NCBI GenBank assembly: GCA_964645245.1 | Contig: CAZYBS010000002.1 | Location: forward strand, 18,161-82,160 | DNA length: 64,000 nt | Direction: 5' to 3' | From: an uncultured Candidatus Saccharibacteria bacterium | GTDB taxonomy: Bacteria; Patescibacteriota; Minisyncoccia; Phycocordibacterales; UBA9973 | Shown here: piece after piece, positions 10,011-19,873 of the stretch | Position numbering within the stretch: position 1 is the stretch's first letter | Layout of the letters: the number at the start of each line of letters is the position of its first letter | The notes under the pieces: generated by a model | Told to the model about the DNA's origin: nothing | Seen by the model: the letters and a program-made list of their open reading frames with translations, nothing else | The model's database searches: none | Program-made: the position numbers and the translations under genes

Positions 10011-11777
10011 ATGGTGAAAGATAAAGAAAAGAAAATATGCCAGAACTGCCGTGGTGAATTTACTATAGAGCCCGAGGATTTTAATTTTTATGAAAAGATA
10101 AAGGTACCGTCACCGACTTTTTGCCCGCTTTGCCGAGCGCAGAGGCGAATGGCTTTTAGAAATGAGCGGAAACTTTTTAAAGTTAAAAATCATTTTACTG
10201 GTCAAGATATTTTCTCTACATATCCGGAAGAAAGCGGAAGAAAAATTATTACCCGGGAAGAGTGGTTTGGGGACAGTTGGGATGCGATGAAGCATGGAAG
10301 TGACTATGATTTTTCAAAGCCTTTTTTAAAACAACTAAAAGAACTTGATAAAGAGGTGCTAGTTTTTAATTATAATGTTCTTAGGATGGTTAATAGTCCA
10401 TATGCATTTAACGCCTCAGGTTTAAAAAATTGTTACCTTATTGTCAACTCTAGTTATTCAGAAGATTGCATGTATGGTAATGCAATAGATTTTTGCAAAG
10501 ACTCAATAGATAACTCACATATAACTCACTCTGAGCGATGCCATGAATCTTTTTGGTTGGAAAATTGTTATCAATGTTATTTTACAATAATGTCAGCAGA
10601 TTCTCGCAATCTGTATTTTTGTAGAGATTGTGTTGGCTGTAACGATTGTTTCGGTTGTGCAAATTTACGCAAGAAATCTTATTGCATCTTTAATAAGCAA
10701 TATTCTAAACTAGATTATCAGGAAGAGCTTAAAAAAATGAATCTTCAAACTATTTCAGGCTTATCAAAGGCACACAAAAAGGCAAGAGAATTCTGGAATA
10801 CCCAACCAATTAAATGTCATCAAGGATTAAAAAATTTAAATTCAACAGGCTCCTACGTAACAAATTGTAAAAATGTGAATGATAGCTATTTAATCAGAGA
10901 AAGTGAAAATATGCGTTATTGCCAATATCAACAAATACCGGGGAACAAAGATTGTTATGATGTAACTAATTGGGGAGAGTACACAGAACTCAGTTATGAA
11001 ACAGTAGAATGTGGTGATAATTCTTATTGCGATAAGTTTTCTAAAAATTGTTGGCCTGCCTGCAGGAATAATGAATATTGCATAAACCTTTTCAGCTCAT
11101 CCGATTGTTTTGGTTGCGTAGGGCTAAAGAAAAAACAATATTGCATTTTGAATAAACAATACACTAAGGAAGAATATGAAAAAATGGTGGAAAAAATTAA
11201 GCAGCATATGGATAAAATGCCTTATGTTGACTTACAAGGCCTCGTTTATAAATACGGGGAATTTTTTCCAATAGAATTTTCTCCTTTTGGATATAATAAT
11301 ACACTTGCTATGCAACATTTCCCGTTAAGTAAAGAAGAGGTAATGAAAAAAAATTATGGATGGGTGGAAGTACCTCGCGGTGAGTATAAAATAACTAAAA
11401 AAGCGGAAGATTTACCAGATTCAATTGAAAATGTTGCAAATGAAATCCTAAAAGAAGTTTTTGAATGCGATAGTTGTAAAAATCCTTATAGAATATTAGA
11501 AAATGAATTTATATTTTATAAAAAAGAAAAACTGCCGTTACCCCGCTTGTGTAGTGAATGTAGGCACGAGCGGCGCATTAAGGACAGACTTAAATTGTTT
11601 TTATACGAAAGGACTTGCATGTGCGCAGGTATTATAGACCAGACCAATACGTATAAAAATACTATTTCCCATATTCATAAAGATTTTCCTTGTGGAGAAA
11701 GATTTAAAACCGGATATGCTCCCGGCCGACTGGAGATAGTTTACTGCGAAAAGTGTTACCAGCAAGAAGTTTATTAA
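10011..11777 (+). CDS. Cys-rich repeat protein, paralogue 3
   Basis: Same N- and C-terminal motifs as 1215..2894. Confidence 0.9.
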   Translation: MVKDKEKKICQNCRGEFTIEPEDFNFYEKIKVPSPTFCPLCRAQRRMAFRNERKLFKVKNHFTGQDIFSTYPEESGRKIITREEWFGDSWDAMKHGSDYDFSKPFLKQLKELDKEVLVFNYNVLRMVNSPYAFNASGLKNCYLIVNSSYSEDCMYGNAIDFCKDSIDNSHITHSERCHESFWLENCYQCYFTIMSADSRNLYFCRDCVGCNDCFGCANLRKKSYCIFNKQYSKLDYQEELKKMNLQTISGLSKAHKKAREFWNTQPIKCHQGLKNLNSTGSYVTNCKNVNDSYLIRESENMRYCQYQQIPGNKDCYDVTNWGEYTELSYETVECGDNSYCDKFSKNCWPACRNNEYCINLFSSSDCFGCVGLKKKQYCILNKQYTKEEYEKMVEKIKQHMDKMPYVDLQGLVYKYGEFFPIEFSPFGYNNTLAMQHFPLSKEEVMKKNYGWVEVPRGEYKITKKAEDLPDSIENVANEILKEVFECDSCKNPYRILENEFIFYKKEKLPLPRLCSECRHERRIKDRLKLFLYERTCMCAGIIDQTNTYKNTISHIHKDFPCGERFKTGYAPGRLEIVYCEKCYQQEVY

Positions 11778-11794
11778 GTGATATCAATATCATC

Positions 11795-11812
11795 ATACTA
11801 GTGTGCTAGTAT
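11795..11812. promoter_or_regulatory. TrpR-type operator candidate overlapping an extended -10
   Basis: ATACTAG-TGTG-CTAGTAT; same ACTAG-N4-CTAGT geometry as the E. coli trp operator. Confidence 0.4.
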
Positions 11813-11819
11813 AAAAATT

Positions 11820-13544
11820 ATGAACAGTGAAAATAAAAATTGTCAGAATTGTAAAAAAGACTTCATCATCGAGCCGGAGGATTTTAATTTTTATGAGAAA
11901 ATAAAAGTTCCGCCACCGACTTTCTGTCCGGAGTGCCGGCTTCAAAGGCGCATGGCTTGGCGCAACGAGCGCACCCTTCATAGAAATAAGTGCGCCAAAA
12001 CAGGCAAAAGTTTGATTAGCTGCTTTTCTGCCGATTCGCCATTTACCGTTTACGATAGGGATATTTGGTGGGGAGACAAGTGGGATCCTACAGCATATGG
12101 AGTGGAATATGATTTCTCAAAGTCTTTCTTTAGCCAGTTCCGCAAACTTTTAGAAAAAGTTCCTCATCCAAATCTTTTTATAGGAAAATGCGTTAATACT
12201 TTCTATGGAAATTATATTGGTGAATTTAGAAATTCATACCTTGTATCAGCATCTTGGGTCGGAGATAACATAGCTTACGCATCACGTTGCAATAACTGCA
12301 AAGATTCTGTGGATATGTTTACCGTCAATAACTGTGAATTTTCTTATGAAGATGTTTCTTCTTCTAAGTGTTACGAAACTTTTTTCTCGCACAACGCTGA
12401 TTCCTGTACCAGTTCTTATTTTCTTTATGATTGTAAAAATTGCATAAATTGTTTTGGTTGCACATCACTTCGTAATAAATCTAACTGTATGTGGAACAAG
12501 CAACTTACCAAAGAAGAGTATGATAAAAAGTTTAAGGACTTAGATATTGGAAGTTTCGAAAATTTTAAAAAAATACAACAAGAATTCGAGGGACTTAAAT
12601 TAAAAGCTATTAGAAGATTTGCTAATATTATAAATTCTACTAATGTTTCTGGGGATGATATATTTCATTCTACTAATTCTCACTATTGTTTTGCTATATC
12701 AGATGATGTGAAGGATTGTAAGTTCATAATTAATTCTCTTGATCGTCTGTATAATAGTTATGATGGATACGGAACTGGTGCCAATACGGAATTGGTTTAT
12801 GAGGGAATGGACTCTGGCGTGAACGGATCCAGACAGTTATTCGTGCTTACAGTCTGGGAGTGCATGAATACAGAATATTCAATTAATTGTCATGGGTGCA
12901 ATAATATTTTTGGTTGCGCAGGCCTCCGTAAGAAAGATTATTGCATTTTTAACAAACAATATTCAAAAGAGGAATATGAAAAAATCAGGGCTCAGATAAT
13001 TGGACAGATGAATAAAATGCCATACGTTGACAAAAAAGGTCGTTCGTATAAATACGGGGAGTATTTCCCAGTGGAAATTTCTCCATTTGGATATAATGAA
13101 ACTGTATCGCAAGACTACTTCCCGCTTTCTAGAGAAGAAATTTTGAAGAACGGCTATAACTGGGTTGAACGAGAGAAACCAGAATATAAAACCACTTGTA
13201 CATCTAAAGATTTACCAGATCACATTAAAGATACTGATGAAAGTATTTTAAGTTTAGTCATTGAATGCGAATCCTGTAAAAGACCTTATAAAATTATTGA
13301 AAACGAGTATCTTTTTTTGAAAAGATTTAGTCTGCCGATACCACGGAAATGTTTTGAATGTCGCCACCAAGAACGATTTAAAAAGGTTAATCCGCCTAAA
13401 ATTTATCATAGGCAATGCATGTGCGAAAAAGGAAATCATTCTCATGGAGCAGGGAAGTGTACGGTAGAATTTGAAACATCCTACGCTCCCGACAGGCCTG
13501 AGATTATTTACTGCGAAAAATGTTACCAGCAGGAAGTGTATTAA
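11820..13544 (+). CDS. Cys-rich repeat protein, paralogue 4
   Basis: Same family motifs; ends YCEKCYQQEVY. Confidence 0.9.
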   Translation: MNSENKNCQNCKKDFIIEPEDFNFYEKIKVPPPTFCPECRLQRRMAWRNERTLHRNKCAKTGKSLISCFSADSPFTVYDRDIWWGDKWDPTAYGVEYDFSKSFFSQFRKLLEKVPHPNLFIGKCVNTFYGNYIGEFRNSYLVSASWVGDNIAYASRCNNCKDSVDMFTVNNCEFSYEDVSSSKCYETFFSHNADSCTSSYFLYDCKNCINCFGCTSLRNKSNCMWNKQLTKEEYDKKFKDLDIGSFENFKKIQQEFEGLKLKAIRRFANIINSTNVSGDDIFHSTNSHYCFAISDDVKDCKFIINSLDRLYNSYDGYGTGANTELVYEGMDSGVNGSRQLFVLTVWECMNTEYSINCHGCNNIFGCAGLRKKDYCIFNKQYSKEEYEKIRAQIIGQMNKMPYVDKKGRSYKYGEYFPVEISPFGYNETVSQDYFPLSREEILKNGYNWVEREKPEYKTTCTSKDLPDHIKDTDESILSLVIECESCKRPYKIIENEYLFLKRFSLPIPRKCFECRHQERFKKVNPPKIYHRQCMCEKGNHSHGAGKCTVEFETSYAPDRPEIIYCEKCYQQEVY

Positions 13545-13548
13545 ACAC

Positions 13549-13582
13549 AACATTTTGCAAAATGACAAAATGTTGATAAGAT
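13549..13582 (+). promoter_or_regulatory. Promoter and palindromic operator of the ArsR-family gene
   Basis: CATTTTGCAAAATG palindrome over -35 TTGCAA; TGa-TAAGAT -10 ending 7 nt before the ATG. Confidence 0.55.
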
Positions 13583-13589
13583 AAATAAC

Positions 13590-13862
13590 ATGAGTTTACC
13601 ATATAAAAAAATCGAAAAAATAGTAAAAGGATTTGCAAATCATAGGCGACTTCAAATATTGGAGCTTCTAAGTAGAGTCCCTAATTTATCAGTTGATGAC
13701 ATATCTCAAAATTTAGATGTTGGATTTTTTACTATTTCAGATCATATACGCAAAGCGACTGATGCGGGATTAATTGAAAAGAAATATAAAGGTCGTTTTG
13801 TGCTTCACAGTCTTACAAAGAGAGGGAGGCATATTTTGTTATTTTGCAAAATGTTTAAATGA
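13590..13862 (+). CDS. ArsR/SmtB family transcriptional regulator
   Basis: FANHRRLQILELL...LSVDDIS...TISDHIRK..DAGLI winged helix. Confidence 0.9.
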   Translation: MSLPYKKIEKIVKGFANHRRLQILELLSRVPNLSVDDISQNLDVGFFTISDHIRKATDAGLIEKKYKGRFVLHSLTKRGRHILLFCKMFK

Positions 13863-13871
13863 GAAATTAAT

Positions 13872-14849
13872 GTGAAAAGTGAAACGAAAACTCTAAAAAA
13901 TAAAAAAGAATTTTTCATTTTCCCGACCTTACCATTTCATTTTGACGGCACATTTCACAAACCATCACATTTTCCAGATAAACTTAGTGATTGGCAAACT
14001 GGTAAGCATTGGCAAACCATTCGTCTTGGTAAAAGACTTTTCGGATTAAAAATTGAAAATAAAGGAGAGAAGCAAAAACCAAAAATAAAAGTTTCAGTTT
14101 TTTATAATAACACGATTTCTGGCAAGGAATTAGAAGATATTAAGCAGGAAATCATCTGGCGTTTTGATTTAAACGCTGATTTAAAAGAATTTAATAAACT
14201 AGCCAGAAATGACAAGCGTTTTTATCCGATTTTCAAAAAATGGCTAGGGATGCGAAACTCAAGTGCACATAATTTATATGAACTTCTGATCATTGCAGTG
14301 CTTTTGCAAAATGCAACAGTTAGACGAACAGTCCAAATGATAGGCACGCTTCTTGATAGTTATGGTACTAGGTTGAAATTTGATAAAAAAGAAATTTTTG
14401 CCATTTGGCTTCCGGAAAGATTGAAAAATGTTTCAGAGCAGGATTTAAGGAATTTAAAAATAGGTTATCGGGCAAAATTTATCAAGCGTTTATCAAAAGA
14501 TTTTGCCGAAAGTCAAGTTGATGAGCAGAAACTCAGATTACTTAATCAAGAAAGTGCAAAGAAAGAATTACTAAAACTTTTTGGAGTTGGACCGGAAACT
14601 GCCCGTATATTGCTTTTTGAAGTTTGTCACCAATACAATACTTTTGACCATATAGCACCATGGCAACAAAAAATATATTCTCGATTGTTTTATAAAAAGC
14701 CGCTAGTCTCTGTTAATAAAATTAGAGATGATATTAAAAAACAGTATGGCGAATACTCTATGCTGGCGGTTCACTATATCTGGGAAGATATTTTTTGGAG
14801 AAGAAAAAATGAAAGAATTGACTGGCTGGAAAGAGAAATCAGGCTTTAA
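13872..14849 (+). CDS. HhH-GPD DNA glycosylase (AlkA/Ogg-like)
   Basis: IGYRAKFI and HhH motif LLKLFGVGPETA. Confidence 0.8.
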   Translation: MKSETKTLKNKKEFFIFPTLPFHFDGTFHKPSHFPDKLSDWQTGKHWQTIRLGKRLFGLKIENKGEKQKPKIKVSVFYNNTISGKELEDIKQEIIWRFDLNADLKEFNKLARNDKRFYPIFKKWLGMRNSSAHNLYELLIIAVLLQNATVRRTVQMIGTLLDSYGTRLKFDKKEIFAIWLPERLKNVSEQDLRNLKIGYRAKFIKRLSKDFAESQVDEQKLRLLNQESAKKELLKLFGVGPETARILLFEVCHQYNTFDHIAPWQQKIYSRLFYKKPLVSVNKIRDDIKKQYGEYSMLAVHYIWEDIFWRRKNERIDWLEREIRL

Positions 14850-14904
14850 TTATAAGCTAAATAACTGTTGGAAAATAATCTAAAATCGTGCTAAAATAGC
14901 CCAT

Positions 14905-16407
14905 ATGCCAAAACCGGGTCGAGTGCAAATAATCAAATATGGTCCGCCGCCGCCGGAATTGCCGGTTTTTGGAAAGATAGACCCGACCGAGGTGTCTTTC
15001 ATCGGACGTACAAATTACGTTGCCGCATTAGAGGAGAAAAAGTTTATATTCGGCATCAAGCGCATAGACCGCCGCCGGCATCTTTATATTGTCGGCAAGT
15101 CCGGCGTTGGTAAAACCAAACTTCTGGAACTTCTTATCCGTCAAGATATAACCTATGGCCATGGATTATGCCTGATTGACCCGCACGGCGATGTGATGGA
15201 GGCAATACTGGACTATATACCCAAGGAACGCATAGAAGATGTTTGCATTATCAACCCGCCCGACGTTGATTTTCCGGCCTCTTTCAACCCATTGGCGAAT
15301 GTTGATCCGATGTTTAAGTTTCAATTGACTCAAGGGTTGATTGAAGTTTTCCAAAAACAATTCGGAGCCAACTGGACGCCCAGGCTGGAGCACGTTTTCC
15401 GCTTTACCTGTTTGGCCTTGCTGGATTATCCGCACGCGACGATGCGCGGCATGATTTCCATGCTGACCGACCGAAATTACCGGCAGAAGGTGGTGGAGTA
15501 TATTACCGACGATATGGTAAAAAGATTCTTCGCTATTGAATTCGCCGACTGGTCGGAGAAGTTTGACACCGATGCCATTATCCCGCTAGTTAACAAGCTC
15601 GGGCAATTCCTCTCCGACCCGCTCTTGCGCAATATCTTCGGCCAAAAGCAGAACAAGATAGACATCAGTAAGCTGATGAACGAGCAAAAGATTATTCTAA
15701 TTAATATCTCCAAAGGCCGTCTGGGAGAAGAAAATTCCTCTTTTCTTGGTTCTATCTTTCTGACTAAAATAAAACAAGCGGGTATGGAGCGCGCGGCTAT
15801 ACCAGAAAAAGACCGTACGGACTTTTATCTATACGTGGATGAGTTTCACAATGTCGTTACTCAGACCTTTGAAAACATTTTATCCGAGGCCAGAAAATAT
15901 GCTTTAAGTTTAACTATGGCCCATCAATATGTTGGTCAGGTTATTCCCCGAGTTCACCAAGCGGTACTTGGTAATTGCGGTAGTGTGATTACTTTTCGTA
16001 TTAGTGGTGAAGACGCAGTTAAAATGAAACCGGAATTTGCGCCTTTGTTTGACGTGAAGGATATGATCAATCTGGCTGTCGCGGAATTTTATATAAAAAT
16101 GACCATTGACGGTGAGTCCTATGACCCATTTTCGGCTGAAACACTTCGAGTTCTTCCCCCGACTCATCCCTCATACAGAGAAGAAATTATGGCGGCCTCT
16201 CGCCGGAAATATTCAATACCAAAAGACGACGCGGCCAAGCTTATTGCCGAGGAAGAGGCGACAATCATCCGAAGCGCCGAAGAGAAGGCAATTATCGAGA
16301 GCAAAGCTAAAAGAAAAGCAAAAGAAAAAGGAGAAGATAATGGCGAAGAAGATGAAAAAGAAAAACCTAAAGCAAAAGCTTCACAAGAAGCCGAACCCAT
16401 GATATAA
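14905..16407 (+). CDS. Second VirD4/TraG/HerA-like P-loop ATPase
   Basis: GKSGVGKT, DPHGD, LYVDEFH, SEARKY; paralogous to 7965..9941. Confidence 0.9.
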   Translation: MPKPGRVQIIKYGPPPPELPVFGKIDPTEVSFIGRTNYVAALEEKKFIFGIKRIDRRRHLYIVGKSGVGKTKLLELLIRQDITYGHGLCLIDPHGDVMEAILDYIPKERIEDVCIINPPDVDFPASFNPLANVDPMFKFQLTQGLIEVFQKQFGANWTPRLEHVFRFTCLALLDYPHATMRGMISMLTDRNYRQKVVEYITDDMVKRFFAIEFADWSEKFDTDAIIPLVNKLGQFLSDPLLRNIFGQKQNKIDISKLMNEQKIILINISKGRLGEENSSFLGSIFLTKIKQAGMERAAIPEKDRTDFYLYVDEFHNVVTQTFENILSEARKYALSLTMAHQYVGQVIPRVHQAVLGNCGSVITFRISGEDAVKMKPEFAPLFDVKDMINLAVAEFYIKMTIDGESYDPFSAETLRVLPPTHPSYREEIMAASRRKYSIPKDDAAKLIAEEEATIIRSAEEKAIIESKAKRKAKEKGEDNGEEDEKEKPKAKASQEAEPMI

Positions 16408-16414
16408 TACTTGT

Positions 16415-17521
16415 ATGTCAAAAGATTACTACAATATATTAGGTGTTAACAAAACTTCATCCAAAGAGGAAATTAAAAAAGCCTTTTATAAGTTAGCGCA
16501 TAAATATCATCCGGACAAAAAAGGCGGCAATGAAACGAAGTTTAAGCAAGTGAATGAAGCTTACCAAGTTCTTTCAGATGACTCCAAGCGTTCAAAATAC
16601 GATCAATATGGATCTGCTTTTGAAAATATGGGGCAGCAGAGAGGTGGAGGATATCAAGGGGGTGGATTTGAAGGCTTTGACTTCAGTAATTTTTCTGGGG
16701 GTTTTCAAAACGGCAATGCGGATTTTGATTTTGGAAATCTTAACGATATTTTTAGCGATTTCTTCACAGGGGGTATGGGTGGAGGCAGAAGAGAGACAAG
16801 ACGTGGTCGGGATATTTCGACCGAAGTCCAAATTTCTTTTTCTGATTCTATTTTTGGCACTAATAGGAAAATTTTAATTACTAAAACTTCAAATTGTCTT
16901 ACCTGCAATAGCTCTGGCGCAAAAACTGGGTCTAAAATGGAAACTTGCAAGCACTGCAATGGTCAAGGTAAAATACATGAAACAAAAAGGTCATTTCTTG
17001 GCACCATTTCCAGTACAAAAGTTTGCGAAGTATGCTTGGGTAGCGGTGAGGTACCAAAAGAAATTTGTGATAAATGCAAAGGCAAAGGAGTATTGCGCCG
17101 GGAAGAAGAAGTCTCAATTGTTATTCCCGCTGGCATACGTGATGGAGAGATGATTCGGATGTCGGGCTACGGTGAGGCAATATCCAAAGGAACAGCGGGA
17201 GACCTCTATATAAAAATAAATGTGGCGCCACATGGGATATTTAAGCGAGACGGGCACGACTTAGTCATGAATTTGAATTTGAAGCTCTCCGATGCGCTTT
17301 TGGGAACAGAATATCCCATCCAAACTTTGGACGGAGAAATTAAAGTTACTATTCCAGAGGGTGTGGCCATAAATGAAATTCTTCGCGTACGGGGCAAGGG
17401 TGTGCCAATTTCCAAAAATAAACGCGGGGACCTTTTAATCAAGCTTAATATCAAACTTCCGGGAAAATTATCCCGTAAATCTCGCGAACTAATGGAGGAG
17501 CTCAAAAAAGAGGGGATATAA
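16415..17521 (+). CDS. dnaJ: Chaperone DnaJ
   Basis: J domain with HPD, G/F-rich region, four CxxCxGxG-type repeats. Confidence 0.98.
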   Translation: MSKDYYNILGVNKTSSKEEIKKAFYKLAHKYHPDKKGGNETKFKQVNEAYQVLSDDSKRSKYDQYGSAFENMGQQRGGGYQGGGFEGFDFSNFSGGFQNGNADFDFGNLNDIFSDFFTGGMGGGRRETRRGRDISTEVQISFSDSIFGTNRKILITKTSNCLTCNSSGAKTGSKMETCKHCNGQGKIHETKRSFLGTISSTKVCEVCLGSGEVPKEICDKCKGKGVLRREEEVSIVIPAGIRDGEMIRMSGYGEAISKGTAGDLYIKINVAPHGIFKRDGHDLVMNLNLKLSDALLGTEYPIQTLDGEIKVTIPEGVAINEILRVRGKGVPISKNKRGDLLIKLNIKLPGKLSRKSRELMEELKKEGI

Positions 17522-17524
17522 TCC

Positions 17525-18130
17525 ATGTTCCCTGAATATATAATTTATATTGCGATTCCTGTCAGCTTGGCAGCCTATTTTTATTATTTTAAAAATATTT
17601 TTTACGGGCAGACCAAGCCGAATTTAGTTTCTTGGTTTCTTTGGATGTTAGCTCCATTTATCGGAGTATTTTTCCAGCTTAAAGCTGGAGGAGGTCTTGC
17701 TGCCTTACCGGTATTTTTAGCCGGTTTCGGGCCTCTTTTGGTAATACTTGCTTCTCTTTGGAATAAAAATGCTTACTGGAAAATTACCAGATTGGATATA
17801 ACTTGCGGGATACTGGCAATGCTCGCCTTAGTATTTTATATTCTGACTCATAATTTAGGAATATCAGTCCTTTTTGCTATATCAAGCGATGGTTTAGCAG
17901 CTGTCCCGACACTTGTAAAATCTTGGAAATTTCCAGAAACTGAAACAGCGACAGTTTATCTGGCAGGAATTTTCAGCAATACTTTAGGATTACTCATTAT
18001 AAAAAATTGGATTTTTTCCATTTATTCTTTCGGTATTTATTTTATAGTAATGAATATAGCGATAGTATTTTGCATATACCGCAAAAAGATTTTTAAAAGT
18101 GAGCAAGGGGAGTCCTTGCTCAAGTTTTAG
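17525..18130 (+). CDS. Multi-pass membrane protein (PQ-loop-like)
   Basis: About 6-7 hydrophobic helices; GQTKPNLVSW and PTLVKSW..PETE motifs. Confidence 0.75.
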   Translation: MFPEYIIYIAIPVSLAAYFYYFKNIFYGQTKPNLVSWFLWMLAPFIGVFFQLKAGGGLAALPVFLAGFGPLLVILASLWNKNAYWKITRLDITCGILAMLALVFYILTHNLGISVLFAISSDGLAAVPTLVKSWKFPETETATVYLAGIFSNTLGLLIIKNWIFSIYSFGIYFIVMNIAIVFCIYRKKIFKSEQGESLLKF

Positions 18131-18305
18131 TAAGCTTGTATTTTATCATTAATATGTTATAATACTAGAGTAATACGTTCTTTAAAATCTTTACGAAATT
18201 GCCACAGCAGAAAGTATCTTAATTTTAGGATTCTTTCTGCTGTGGCGAAACCCATGTTGGGCTAGCTATACAGCATGCCACATGTGGCAGAAAGGAGGTC
18301 GAGAC

Positions 18306-18929
18306 ATGTCTCGATACCTCGAAGGCACCACTCACCAACTGTGTGAACAACTGCAGGGGGCTGGCTTTAAAGAGAACGAAGTACATGTTCTCGGAGACAG
18401 ATCCCGCCTGGATCGTATTCTTGCCGAAATTCGTACTGGTGTAGTAATCGGTTCGTCGCCGGACTTGGACTCAATCAATCCAGTTCTGGTCGTGGACCGC
18501 ACTAAGGCGCCGGTTTACCCAAGGGCCATGACTGGTGGGCTCGTGCGACCCGATCTTGAGCTCACCGGGCCTGATCGTTTCAGCATCAACCATACGTTGA
18601 CTTTTCCCTTTACGACGTCCGAACCTGCGCTGGGGCAAGAGGTCTACGATAGGTGGATGAAGGACGATACGCCTCAAAGATATATCGACGGGTACGTCTC
18701 CCTGATCGACCTGATCGCGATTCGGGCCAGGGGTCCGATCTTTTACCACCTTCATTTTAGCGGAATGAAGCTGGTCGCCATGAAGTCAGCCGGTAAGTTC
18801 CACGAGAACGGGTCCGAGTTGGTCCGTGTACCATATTTGTACGAGGCAAAGAAATGTGTTCACCGTGGGTGGAGGTGGCTTGGGCACACGTTCACTCAAG
18901 AATACAAAGCGCTTCGTATCGTGACCTAG
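18306..18929 (+). CDS. Hypothetical protein in a GC-richer stand-alone transcription unit
   Basis: AAGGAGG SD before ATG 18306; own promoter at 18136-18163; GC-rich hairpin after the stop. Confidence 0.7.
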   Translation: MSRYLEGTTHQLCEQLQGAGFKENEVHVLGDRSRLDRILAEIRTGVVIGSSPDLDSINPVLVVDRTKAPVYPRAMTGGLVRPDLELTGPDRFSINHTLTFPFTTSEPALGQEVYDRWMKDDTPQRYIDGYVSLIDLIAIRARGPIFYHLHFSGMKLVAMKSAGKFHENGSELVRVPYLYEAKKCVHRGWRWLGHTFTQEYKALRIVT

Positions 18930-19073
18930 TAGTCTATACTTGTGGGTGTAATAGTTTAAACTCTCAGGCCGCGCGGCGTCACTCTGTGACACGCGCGGCC
19001 TTCTCAATTTAATTAAATCTTTGCCTCGCCCGTAGGTCTATGGCCGAGGGAAATTTTTTGCGCTTTTAAAAAA

Positions 19074-19871
19074 CTATTTTAAAAGAGACCAAACAAGGTA
19101 GCATAAATACAGAAATGCCAGAACTACTAGTAGTTTCCTTAAATATTCCTCTGGGATTTTTTGGACGTGCTTAGTTACGAAGTGCGCACCAATAAAGGTT
19201 CCTACCCATAAAGTTAAAACGTATGGCCAGGCCAAAAGACCAGCAAGCGCAGTCATAATTATAGAAAAAATTGTAGTGGGCACATAAATTATGTTTGTGA
19301 TGCCAATTCCCTCCACCACTTTCATTCTAAGCAAACTAGAATAAGCAATTTTCTGGAAGGTCCCTGCTCCTACACCACTAACATTCGCATAGAGGCCTAA
19401 CCCTAGCATGATACTGCCTATTAAAGGATATTGTTTGCCGTTAATGCGCATCTCTTCTAAATTTCTAGGGGCCTTATTCTTGGACACTAGTATGTGTATT
19501 ACTAGAAGTGAAAGAGCGATGATAAGCAAATAGCTCAAAAGAGTGGCAGAAATTTTTGTAAGAAAAATTGTGCCGATAATTCCACCAATTAAAAAAGGTA
19601 AGCCAAGGAGGATGATTAATTTTTTATTACCCCAAATACTTTTTGGTGAGGCACTTACCGCTCCAACGCTTGACCCCAAACACCCCGCAATGTCAGTGGC
19701 AATCACTGTTGGTAATGGTATTCCTAAAAAAAGAAGAGCAAATTGAATTAGAATTCCTCCACCTCCCAAAACTACAGCATATCCCTCAGCGATTATTCCA
19801 GCTAAAAAGATAACTGGGAGATGCCATAAATGGAAAAAAGGTGGAATAAAATTTATAAAAAAGTTATACAT
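19074..19871 (-). CDS. TauE/SafE (TSUP) family membrane transporter
   Basis: GGGGIL and GVGAG motifs in two repeats of hydrophobic helices. Confidence 0.85.
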   Translation of the reverse strand: MYNFFINFIPPFFHLWHLPVIFLAGIIAEGYAVVLGGGGILIQFALLFLGIPLPTVIATDIAGCLGSSVGAVSASPKSIWGNKKLIILLGLPFLIGGIIGTIFLTKISATLLSYLLIIALSLLVIHILVSKNKAPRNLEEMRINGKQYPLIGSIMLGLGLYANVSGVGAGTFQKIAYSSLLRMKVVEGIGITNIIYVPTTIFSIIMTALAGLLAWPYVLTLWVGTFIGAHFVTKHVQKIPEEYLRKLLVVLAFLYLCYLVWSLLK

Positions 19872-19873
19872 TT

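Noticed and set aside
1215-13544. Diversity-generating retroelement acting on the Cys-rich paralogues
   Set aside because: No reverse transcriptase, and no near-identical template/variable repeat pair differing only at adenines was seen.
7965-16407. Conjugative element or ICE
   Set aside because: No relaxase, VirB components, integrase or att sites were recognised; the ATPases sit among housekeeping genes.
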